A stretch of DNA of 64,000 bases from an uncultured bacterium (lineage in GTDB: Bacteria; Verrucomicrobiota; Lentisphaeria; Victivallales; UBA1829), in NCBI GenBank assembly GCA_900548385.1, contig URKJ01000005.1:67793-131792 (forward strand), in the 5' to 3' direction. A program made the translations under genes and the position numbers. Below the pieces are notes generated by a model. That model searched no databases. It was not told where the DNA came from and saw only the letters and a list, made by a program, of their open reading frames with translations. This document shows, in pieces, positions 39,196 to 46,715 of the stretch; positions within the stretch are counted from its first letter, which is position 1; each line of letters starts with the position of its first letter.

Positions 39196-39223
39196 AAGAG
39201 CGGACCGGAGACGGGACGCTCTT
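39196..39223 (+). terminator. Weak hairpin after argB
   Basis: AAGAGCG-N14-CGCTCTT is followed by TTCAT. It sits between convergent operons. The loop is long and the T-tract poor. Confidence 0.25.
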
Positions 39224-39243
39224 TTCATATCAGGGGGAAACGG

Positions 39244-40008
39244 TCAGCGCAGTTTGCGTCCGAGAAAACGGATCAGCGCTTCCAGAAGCGTTGCCGGATG
39301 CGGCGGGCAGCCCGGAACGTAAAGGTCGGGTTTCAGGATCTCTTCCACGCCGCCGCAGGTTTCCGGATTGTCCGCATAGAGTCCGCCGGAAACCGCACAG
39401 GCGCCGCATGCGATTACGAACGACGGCTTCGGCACGGCGTCATAAGTCTTTTTCAAAGCCAGCAGCATGTTCCTGCTGACGGGACCCGTTACCAGAATGC
39501 AGTCCGCATGACGCGGTGAAGCGACAACCTGAATGCTGAAACGTCCCATATCCCAGGCAAGAGTATTCAGCACATTGAAATCAAGTTCGCAAGCGGCACA
39601 GCCTCCGGCGGAGACCTGACGGATTTTCAGGGAGCGTCCGCAGAGATCGGCAATCTGCTTATTGGGCTGTAATTCATATTCGTAACCGGAGTCTTTGGTC
39701 CGGATCAGAGCATCCCGGCGGAACGCGGCAAGGTCGTGCTGTCCGGTGAACGTGATCGTTCCCGCCGGGCATGCAGCCGCACATTTGGAACAGAAGAGAC
39801 ATTTGCCCATGTCCAGCGAAACGGAGTCTCCGGAACGGACAATGGCGTCAGTCGGACAGGCTTCCGCACAGCGTCGGCAATCGGTCGGACAGGCGGCGGA
39901 CGCGATTTCCGGAAGTCCTGCAAAACGGTCCGGCATCTGCGGAGCGGCGTATGGGAATTTATTGGTCCGGTATCCCTGTGTCAGCCTGGCTTTCAACGTT
40001 TTCAGCAT
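39244..40008 (-). CDS. Fusion of a 2x[4Fe-4S] ferredoxin (HyfH/HycF/NuoI-like) with a NuoB/HycG/HyfI-like small subunit
   Basis: The N-terminal half has CPTDCRRCAEACP and CLFCSKCAAACP. The C-terminal half has GGCAACE, ACGACAVSGG and VPGCPPHP. The start is ATG 40008 (MLKTLKARL), preceded by an AAGGAGAG Shine-Dalgarno site. Confidence 0.85.
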   Translation of the reverse strand: MLKTLKARLTQGYRTNKFPYAAPQMPDRFAGLPEIASAACPTDCRRCAEACPTDAIVRSGDSVSLDMGKCLFCSKCAAACPAGTITFTGQHDLAAFRRDALIRTKDSGYEYELQPNKQIADLCGRSLKIRQVSAGGCAACELDFNVLNTLAWDMGRFSIQVVASPRHADCILVTGPVSRNMLLALKKTYDAVPKPSFVIACGACAVSGGLYADNPETCGGVEEILKPDLYVPGCPPHPATLLEALIRFLGRKLR

Positions 40009-40021
40009 GGAACAGCTCTCC

Positions 40022-41512
40022 TTACAGGTCATGTCCGCAGTAGGACAGATTGAAACTTTTGTTGCAGATCGGGAAATTGGAAATCTGCTCGCCGCGCAAA
40101 GCCATTGCCAGACCGAACCAGTTGTGGAACGAGGGATCGACGATCTTGTAGGCGGCGAATGACCCGTCCGCTCCGGTTACGGCAGCATGGCAGAGCTCGC
40201 CGCGCCAGGCTTCCACAAGAGAGACGGCGATGGTGTCCGGCATTCTTTTTCCCGGCAGGGTTCCGGGAGCCGCATCGGGAAGAGCGGGAAGCAATTCCCG
40301 GACGAAGCGGAGCGATTCCCGCAGTTCGCGCCGGCGGATCTCCGCGCGGGCGAATACATCGCCGGATCCTGTGCAGCAGACCGCCGGAGCGGCATTGCGG
40401 TACCATCCGTAAGGATGATCTTTGCGGATGTCGCGGCGGATTCCTGCCGCGCGTGCGGCAACGCCGACGAGTCCGATCTCCCGCGCTGTTTTATTGGTGA
40501 CGGTTCCGGTATTTTCCAGACGGTCCAGAACGGACGGCGCGTCAAACATCAGGCCGAGTGCATTATTGAGTTCCGGGGTGACGCGGTCCAACCAGTCGCA
40601 GAGCCGCTGAATCCGTTCCGGTTCCAAGTCAAAACCGATTCCGCCGGGAACGATGATTCCGCGTCCAAACCTGTTCCCGCAGATCGTGGCGGTCATGTTG
40701 AGAAATTCGCCGCGGATGCGTCCGCAGTAGGAAGCGGTCGGCAGGTAGGCAACGTCGCCCGCCAGTGCGCCGAGGTCTCCGGTATGATTGGCGATTCGCT
40801 CCAGTTCCCAGGCAATCGCCCGGATCGCCTGCGCCCGGTCGGATACCCGGCTTGCGGGATCCAACGCTTCCAGAATCTGGCAGTATGCGGCGGCGGACGA
40901 GGTGGAAGTGTCTCCGGCGGCGGTTTCCATAACATGCAGAGTCCGTTTGCCGGGACCGCCCCGGAGCATGTTTTCGATACCCCGGTGCTGATAACCCAGT
41001 GAAATTTCCAGAGAATATACGTCTTCTCCCATGCACTGAAAACGGAAGTGTCCGGGTTCGATGACTCCGGCATGAACGGGCCCTACAGCGACTTCATGGG
41101 CAGCAGAGCCATGAAGCGTAAAATAATCCGTCACTCCGGGATGATTTCCGTCATTTCCCGCTGTGAAGCGGATCGGTTTCAGCCAGGGATGCCCTTCCGG
41201 GACAATGCCGGCCTGTTCGTGGATTTCCCGTTCAAACCAGTGAAATTGTGCGCAGTCGCAGGTCAGGGATGCATAGGATTTTTCAACCCGTGTGGAGGAA
41301 AGACGGATTGACGGATCACTGTCGTCCGTCAAAATGGTGATCAGACGAAAGCCGTCATTCTGTTCCGGCATGGCGAAAAATGACGAAACGTGCCATCCGT
41401 TGTTCCGTATTGCATCAATCACCGTCCGGCGGAATTCCGGGAACGGCAGACACGGCAGAGTGTTCATCGGCGCGGAGCCGGGATTGTTCAACTTCAAAAA
41501 TGAGGATTCCAT
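40022..41512 (-). CDS. HycE/HyfG-like NuoC-NuoD fusion (large-subunit homolog) lacking the [NiFe]-binding cysteines
   Basis: VGPVHAGVIEPGHFRF and LGYQHRGIE are typical of group 4 large subunits. The L1 position reads METAAGDTSTSS and the C-terminus reads SFNLSYCGHDL. There is no CxxC anywhere in the 496 aa. Confidence 0.85.
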   Translation of the reverse strand: MESSFLKLNNPGSAPMNTLPCLPFPEFRRTVIDAIRNNGWHVSSFFAMPEQNDGFRLITILTDDSDPSIRLSSTRVEKSYASLTCDCAQFHWFEREIHEQAGIVPEGHPWLKPIRFTAGNDGNHPGVTDYFTLHGSAAHEVAVGPVHAGVIEPGHFRFQCMGEDVYSLEISLGYQHRGIENMLRGGPGKRTLHVMETAAGDTSTSSAAAYCQILEALDPASRVSDRAQAIRAIAWELERIANHTGDLGALAGDVAYLPTASYCGRIRGEFLNMTATICGNRFGRGIIVPGGIGFDLEPERIQRLCDWLDRVTPELNNALGLMFDAPSVLDRLENTGTVTNKTAREIGLVGVAARAAGIRRDIRKDHPYGWYRNAAPAVCCTGSGDVFARAEIRRRELRESLRFVRELLPALPDAAPGTLPGKRMPDTIAVSLVEAWRGELCHAAVTGADGSFAAYKIVDPSFHNWFGLAMALRGEQISNFPICNKSFNLSYCGHDL

Positions 41513-41513
41513 A

Positions 41514-42959
41514 TCACAGTTCCCCCTGATTGAGAATGAATGTCAGAAAAGTTCCAGCCGCCAGCGCGATGATGACGGCAGCGGCAGGAATGACCCAAAG
41601 CCGTTCCGCCGCCGTCGTGCGTTCCGGCTCTGTGACGGAATCCTGCGGATTTCCCATGCACATTTTCAGGCATGCCATCGACATTCCCGCAAAGACGGCG
41701 AAAAGCAGCAGAAGCACGACCGCTCCGAACAAAAAACCGGATTCCCGCACCAGCAGGTATTCCGTGACGAACAGCGGAGAGGGCGGTGTTCCGCAGATCA
41801 GCAGGATTGCCGTTATCCACAGAACGGCGTTGCGCGGAATCCTGCCGAACATGCCGCCGACAGCTGCCACTGAACGTGTTCCGTAGGCCAGGAGAATGTT
41901 GCCTGCCAGCAGAAACAGCGCCATCTTGAGGACCGAATGACCGCAGAGATGCAGAAAACTGACGCTTTCCAGTCCGCTGCCCCACAGGAGGGCGGCGAGT
42001 CCCATGTGTTCCACGCTGGAATATGCGAGCATTCGTTTGAAATCGCTCTGCCGGATGATGAAGAATGCCGCGACGATCAGGGAAAGGAAGCCGAGAGCAA
42101 TCAGCAGGTTGCTGCAGAACGGTTTCAGCTCTTCCGGCGTAATCTGGCAGAAACGGATAATTCCGAGAAACGAACAGTTCAGGAGCGATCCGGAGAGCAG
42201 GGCGGAAATCGTGCCGGGTGCTTCGCTGTGCGCGTCGGGCAGCCAGGTATGGAAAGGGGCAAGGCCCATTTTCGTGCCGTAGCCTGCAAGGATGAAGATG
42301 AACGCCGCCTTGAACCATCCCGTATGGAAAGAATCCGAGTGTTTGGCAAGTTCGGTCATATTCATTCCGATGTGTCCGGCGGATTCTGCGGCGACCGCCA
42401 TCAGCATCGTTCCGAACAGGGCGAGTCCGATGCCGACCGAGCAGATCAGCAGGTATTTCCACATCGCCTCCAGAGAGCGGTCGGAGCGGTGAAAACAGAT
42501 CAGCGGAGCGCTGACCAGTGTTGTCGCTTCGACTGCAACCCAGAGAAGCCCGAAATTGCGGGCGGTGATGACCAGTGTCATGGTGGAAAGAAACGCGAGC
42601 ATACAGGGGATGAACACCGAGTCCCGCTGGAATCCTGCGGGCTTGTGCGTATGACCTTCCGCCGCCCGGTCCGCGGGAAGCCACATCAGAGTGTGGAGAC
42701 TCACAAACAGAAACAGCAGTGAAGTGATAAGAAGAAAAATCGTTCCGGCGTCATCGAGTCCGATGTCAATCCCGATCCATTCCTGTCCGCGCCAGAAAAA
42801 AGATGCCGGACTCTGGCTGCAGATGGCGCAGATGGTCAGGACCGTATGGGAAAGCGCGGTCAGGAGCAGAATGGAGCGGATCAGCCATGTGCGGCTGCCC
42901 GCGAACCACGCGGCAAAAGCCGCCGTAAGCGGAATGAGAATCAACAGGAGCAGAATCAT
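41514..42959 (-). CDS. HyfF/NuoN/NuoM-like antiporter-type membrane subunit
   Basis: The 481-aa polytopic protein has FHTWLPDAHSEAPGTISALLSG. Confidence 0.85.
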   Translation of the reverse strand: MILLLLILIPLTAAFAAWFAGSRTWLIRSILLLTALSHTVLTICAICSQSPASFFWRGQEWIGIDIGLDDAGTIFLLITSLLFLFVSLHTLMWLPADRAAEGHTHKPAGFQRDSVFIPCMLAFLSTMTLVITARNFGLLWVAVEATTLVSAPLICFHRSDRSLEAMWKYLLICSVGIGLALFGTMLMAVAAESAGHIGMNMTELAKHSDSFHTGWFKAAFIFILAGYGTKMGLAPFHTWLPDAHSEAPGTISALLSGSLLNCSFLGIIRFCQITPEELKPFCSNLLIALGFLSLIVAAFFIIRQSDFKRMLAYSSVEHMGLAALLWGSGLESVSFLHLCGHSVLKMALFLLAGNILLAYGTRSVAAVGGMFGRIPRNAVLWITAILLICGTPPSPLFVTEYLLVRESGFLFGAVVLLLLFAVFAGMSMACLKMCMGNPQDSVTEPERTTAAERLWVIPAAAVIIALAAGTFLTFILNQGEL

Positions 42960-43657
42960 AAGTCGGTATCCTCCGCGGGGTCGGTTGCTTCTTCGGCGCC
43001 GTGCCAGTCGTCGAGTTTGTTGAGACGGTCGGAATCGATATGGTCGAATTCGCGGCTGATCTGGAAAACGGCGATTCCCATGACGAACACCAGCACGAAA
43101 ATATCAAGCAGGATACCGAGTTCGACAACGAATCCGTATTCCAGCGCCATTCCGGTTCCGAAGATTGCAATTCCGTTTTCAAAGACCAGAAAGCCGATTG
43201 CCTGTGTGATCGCTTTGCGTCGTGCCACGATGATGAAGAGACCGATCAGGATCGTTGAGAACGCCACCGGAGCAGACAGCGGGGATACCGCCAGATCCGC
43301 CAGATCAATGCGTCGGCAGACAAGGAAAGACCCGCCGGCGATCAGCAGGGCAATCAGAATTGAGAAAGAGTAGCCGATCATCGGTTCCAGTTCGCGGCAG
43401 ACGTGCGCCGACCGCATTGTCCGCGCCAGCAGGTACGGAAGCGCAATACATTTGATTCCGATATTGACCGCCGCCATGAGAATCAGCTCCGTGTGGGGCG
43501 GTGCATCGTGCCAGTTCCATATTACGAGCGGAAGAAATCCCAGCAGGAGCCCTTGCACCGCCACCAGCCGGATGCAGTGCAGCAGCCGGCTTGACGCCAC
43601 CAGGAGCAGATCCACCGCGAGGATCGCCGCAAACAGGATTTCCGTCAGTTCCGTCAT
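42956..43657 (-). CDS. HyfE-like membrane subunit
   Basis: The 233-aa protein has a HyfE-like core (AIGFLVFENGIAIFG). ATGA overlaps occur at both ends. The C-terminal tail is acidic. Confidence 0.75.
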   Translation of the reverse strand: MTELTEILFAAILAVDLLLVASSRLLHCIRLVAVQGLLLGFLPLVIWNWHDAPPHTELILMAAVNIGIKCIALPYLLARTMRSAHVCRELEPMIGYSFSILIALLIAGGSFLVCRRIDLADLAVSPLSAPVAFSTILIGLFIIVARRKAITQAIGFLVFENGIAIFGTGMALEYGFVVELGILLDIFVLVFVMGIAVFQISREFDHIDSDRLNKLDDWHGAEEATDPAEDTDL

Positions 43658-44604
43658 TGTATGGTCCCTTCAAATATCAGCAGCAGAACGATGGCGATCA
43701 CGGCAAGGCAGAGAGCCGCCATGAGCATTTGCGGCACTTTAAGGAAGCGGAAACGCGCCATTACGGATTCCACGATCCCGATAATGACCGCCGTTGCAAA
43801 GATTGCGGCAAAATAGATCAGAGCGCCGTTGAGCCCGACGAAAAGTCCTGCGGGCAGGAGCGCTGTAATAAAGAATGTGGCCAACAGCCAGAGTTTCACC
43901 GCTGCGCCGTAATGAATCAGTGCAAGGTCGGGACCGCCGTGATCAAGAATCATGGCTTCATGGATCATCGTCAGCTCCAGATGAGTTTCCGGATCGTCGA
44001 ACGGAACGCGGCAGGTTTCGGAGAGCATTACAATGAAGATTGCTCCCGCCGTCAGCAGGATTGACGTTCCGCTGATACTCCAGGCGGCGGAGCCGGTGCT
44101 GTTAAGCATTCTGCTGAGGGAAACGGAACCGGTCAGCATGATGAAAAACACCACGATGCAGAGGAACACCACTTCGGCAAGGGCGGAGAACTGAATTTCC
44201 CGGCTGGCGCCCATTCCCTCAAAACTGGAACCCGTATCAAGCGCGCCAAGCACGGTTGCGACGCGGGCGAAACCCAACAGATAAAGAAACAGCAGGACAT
44301 CTCCCCCGAACGAGAGCGGGGAGTTGCAGAACGCATAGGGCAGAAACAGCATCGCGCTGAACAGTGCCGCCAGATTGCAGAGCGGAGACAGACGGACGAG
44401 TCCGCCGGAAGTGGAACTGTATACGCTTTCTTTGCGGAGCAGTTTCGCCATGTCGTAATAGAGCTGAAGCAGACGCGGACCTCTGCGTCCGGCGAAAAAC
44501 GCCTTGACCTTGTTGATGATTCCCGGCAGGAGCGGACTCAGAGCCAGGGACAGGACGAGCGCCGCCGCCCAGATGAAGTCATTGAAGTAAACGTATTCCG
44601 GCAT
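43654..44604 (-). CDS. HycD/HyfC/NuoH-like membrane subunit
   Basis: Motifs are GRRGPRLLQLYYDMAKLL, DTGSSFEGMGASRE and RVPFDDPETHLELTMIHEAMILDHGG. Confidence 0.88.
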   Translation of the reverse strand: MPEYVYFNDFIWAAALVLSLALSPLLPGIINKVKAFFAGRRGPRLLQLYYDMAKLLRKESVYSSTSGGLVRLSPLCNLAALFSAMLFLPYAFCNSPLSFGGDVLLFLYLLGFARVATVLGALDTGSSFEGMGASREIQFSALAEVVFLCIVVFFIMLTGSVSLSRMLNSTGSAAWSISGTSILLTAGAIFIVMLSETCRVPFDDPETHLELTMIHEAMILDHGGPDLALIHYGAAVKLWLLATFFITALLPAGLFVGLNGALIYFAAIFATAVIIGIVESVMARFRFLKVPQMLMAALCLAVIAIVLLLIFEGTIQ

Positions 44605-46598
44605 TATTTCACCTTCACGATCTGCGCGCTGTTCTGCGGCGAGACGACCGGCTCCGGTTCCGGTTCAAAGAGGAACCCCCATGCCAGCATGGTCAGCAGG
44701 GCAAGCACCATGACCAAAATATACAAATGCAGGTAACCGGATTGAAGATGATGGAAACGGTCTGCCAGTTTCCCGGTGAACGAAAAGAGCGGACGCCAAA
44801 GTCCGCGTTCTGCAAGATCTTCAGTCGAGACAGCGATTTCGGCGTGTGCCGGGAAAAGCCCGTCAGGACGATGCAGTCTTTTTTTCGGTCGCAGGAACCC
44901 GGCGAAGAGATCGACCAGCGGTTGGACAAACGCGGTTCCGGTATACTCCATCCGGGGAGTCGGTTCGGCGAATCCGCAGTCCCAGGTCCCGCGTACTTCC
45001 TGTTTGCGTCCGTTCGGGAGCGTCAGGCGGTAAATGATGAGAACGGCAAAGAAAAGCAGGACGATTCCGGAAAAGAGCGCAATCTGGAAGATGTATTCGG
45101 AAAGACGGAACATCTCCGTCATCACGGTGTCCGGAGGAAAACCGGAAAAGTGCTGGATCAGCGGTGTGAATGCTCTGCAGAGGAACGGAGCCCCGGCGGT
45201 CATGCCGACTGTCGCAAGCAGCAGGAGGACCAGCGGAAACTGCATGACGGAAGAGAGCGGTTTTGCGTTTGCCGCGTTTTCCGACCTCGGTTCACCGAGG
45301 AAGACCGCGCCGATCGCTTTGGTGAAGACCCCGGCTGCGATTCCGCCGATCAGGGCCAGCGCGATCACTGTTAAAACAGAGGCGGCGAAAACTGCACCGC
45401 GGTGGGTCATGATTCCGGCAAATGCCGCCATATAGATCAGAAACTCGCCGAGAAACCCGTTGAACGGCGGAAGTCCGCTGATCGAGAGGGAGGAAAAGAC
45501 AAATACCGACCCCGTCCACGGCATCCGTTTAAGCAGTCCGCCGAGACGGTCCATGTTGAGCAGTCCGGTTGCTCTGAGCACCGAGCCCGCGCAGAGAAAC
45601 AGAGCGCCTTTGAGCACCGCATGGTTGAGCATGTGCAGAAACGCCCCCGCGCAGCCGAATACCGCCATTACATGGTCGCCGTGTTCCACTCCGAGAAAGC
45701 CGAGTCCGAAGCCGATGCTGATGATTCCCATGTTTTCCACACTGGAATAGGCAAGCAGACGTTTGAGATTACGCTGGGCGAGAGCGAAAAGAACACCGCC
45801 GAGCGCTCCGATAAGTCCGAGAACGAGAAAAGCCCAGCCGAAAATGCCGAGCGGGCCGTCGGAATTGATCAGCATTCGCAGAATGCCGTAGAAACCGAGA
45901 TTGATCATGGATGCCGACATTACCGCTGAGACGGGCGCCGGTGCGGCAGGATGTGCCTCCGGCAGCCAGACGTGCAGGACCGGGAACCCGATCTTGAGTC
46001 CGAAACCCGCCATGCCGAGGACGATCACGGCTGCCATGAACGAGGGAGGAACATTGTCGGAACCTCCATATACGAACATCAGGATCAGGAATGCCGCCCC
46101 CGCATGGCAGGCGAGCAGATAGACCCATGCCGCCCGCATGGTTTCACGGGCATGATACTCAAAAGCGACAAGAGCGAAACTCATCATTCCCATCAGTTCC
46201 CATGCGAGGAGAAATTCAATGGGCGTTACGGCAACGGTTACCCATGTCATTGCCGCAAGCGTGGCGTTGAAAAAGAACCAGAACCAGCCGTTCCGTCCGT
46301 CGGCATGGCCTTCCAGATACCCGACGGCGTGGGTCGCCGCAAGGATGCCGATGACATAAACCGGCAGAAGAAAGAGGGCGGAAAGGGTGTCGAATGAAAA
46401 CGAAACAGTATAGATAACACTTTGAATTTCGTTACGGAATCCGAAAAACGTTGACACGGCGGGTACCAGTCCGCAGATGCAGCCTGCAACACAGGTGAAA
46501 TATCCGATTCTTACAGCCAGTCCATCCCGTCTGTTCGCAAGGAGGGCAAAAAATCCTCCTGCCGCGAGGATGAGTATTGCTGTCAGAATCTGTATCAC
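44604..46598 (-). CDS. HyfB/HycC/NuoL-like antiporter-type membrane subunit
   Basis: The 664-aa polytopic protein has HVWLPEAHPAAPAPVSAVMSA. It starts at GTG, with GGAG 10 nt upstream. Confidence 0.88.
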   Translation of the reverse strand: MIQILTAILILAAGGFFALLANRRDGLAVRIGYFTCVAGCICGLVPAVSTFFGFRNEIQSVIYTVSFSFDTLSALFLLPVYVIGILAATHAVGYLEGHADGRNGWFWFFFNATLAAMTWVTVAVTPIEFLLAWELMGMMSFALVAFEYHARETMRAAWVYLLACHAGAAFLILMFVYGGSDNVPPSFMAAVIVLGMAGFGLKIGFPVLHVWLPEAHPAAPAPVSAVMSASMINLGFYGILRMLINSDGPLGIFGWAFLVLGLIGALGGVLFALAQRNLKRLLAYSSVENMGIISIGFGLGFLGVEHGDHVMAVFGCAGAFLHMLNHAVLKGALFLCAGSVLRATGLLNMDRLGGLLKRMPWTGSVFVFSSLSISGLPPFNGFLGEFLIYMAAFAGIMTHRGAVFAASVLTVIALALIGGIAAGVFTKAIGAVFLGEPRSENAANAKPLSSVMQFPLVLLLLATVGMTAGAPFLCRAFTPLIQHFSGFPPDTVMTEMFRLSEYIFQIALFSGIVLLFFAVLIIYRLTLPNGRKQEVRGTWDCGFAEPTPRMEYTGTAFVQPLVDLFAGFLRPKKRLHRPDGLFPAHAEIAVSTEDLAERGLWRPLFSFTGKLADRFHHLQSGYLHLYILVMVLALLTMLAWGFLFEPEPEPVVSPQNSAQIVKVK

Positions 46599-46715
46599 GA
46601 AAGAATCTCCAAAAATATTAGAATCTTTTAAAATACACCGTTTTTACTATTTTTCAAGGAGCATTCTGTTTCTTTCCGTTTCAATTTCCGCGGGAGATGG
46701 AGAAGAAACGAGCCG

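Noticed and set aside
40022-41512. Annotating the HycE/HyfG-like protein as a genuine group 4 [NiFe]-hydrogenase large subunit, or the operon as hydrogenase-4 / formate hydrogenlyase.
   Set aside because: No CxxC motif exists anywhere in the protein, and both ligand positions are occupied by non-Cys residues. No hyp, hycI or fdhF genes are nearby. It is described instead as hydrogenase-related with unknown chemistry.
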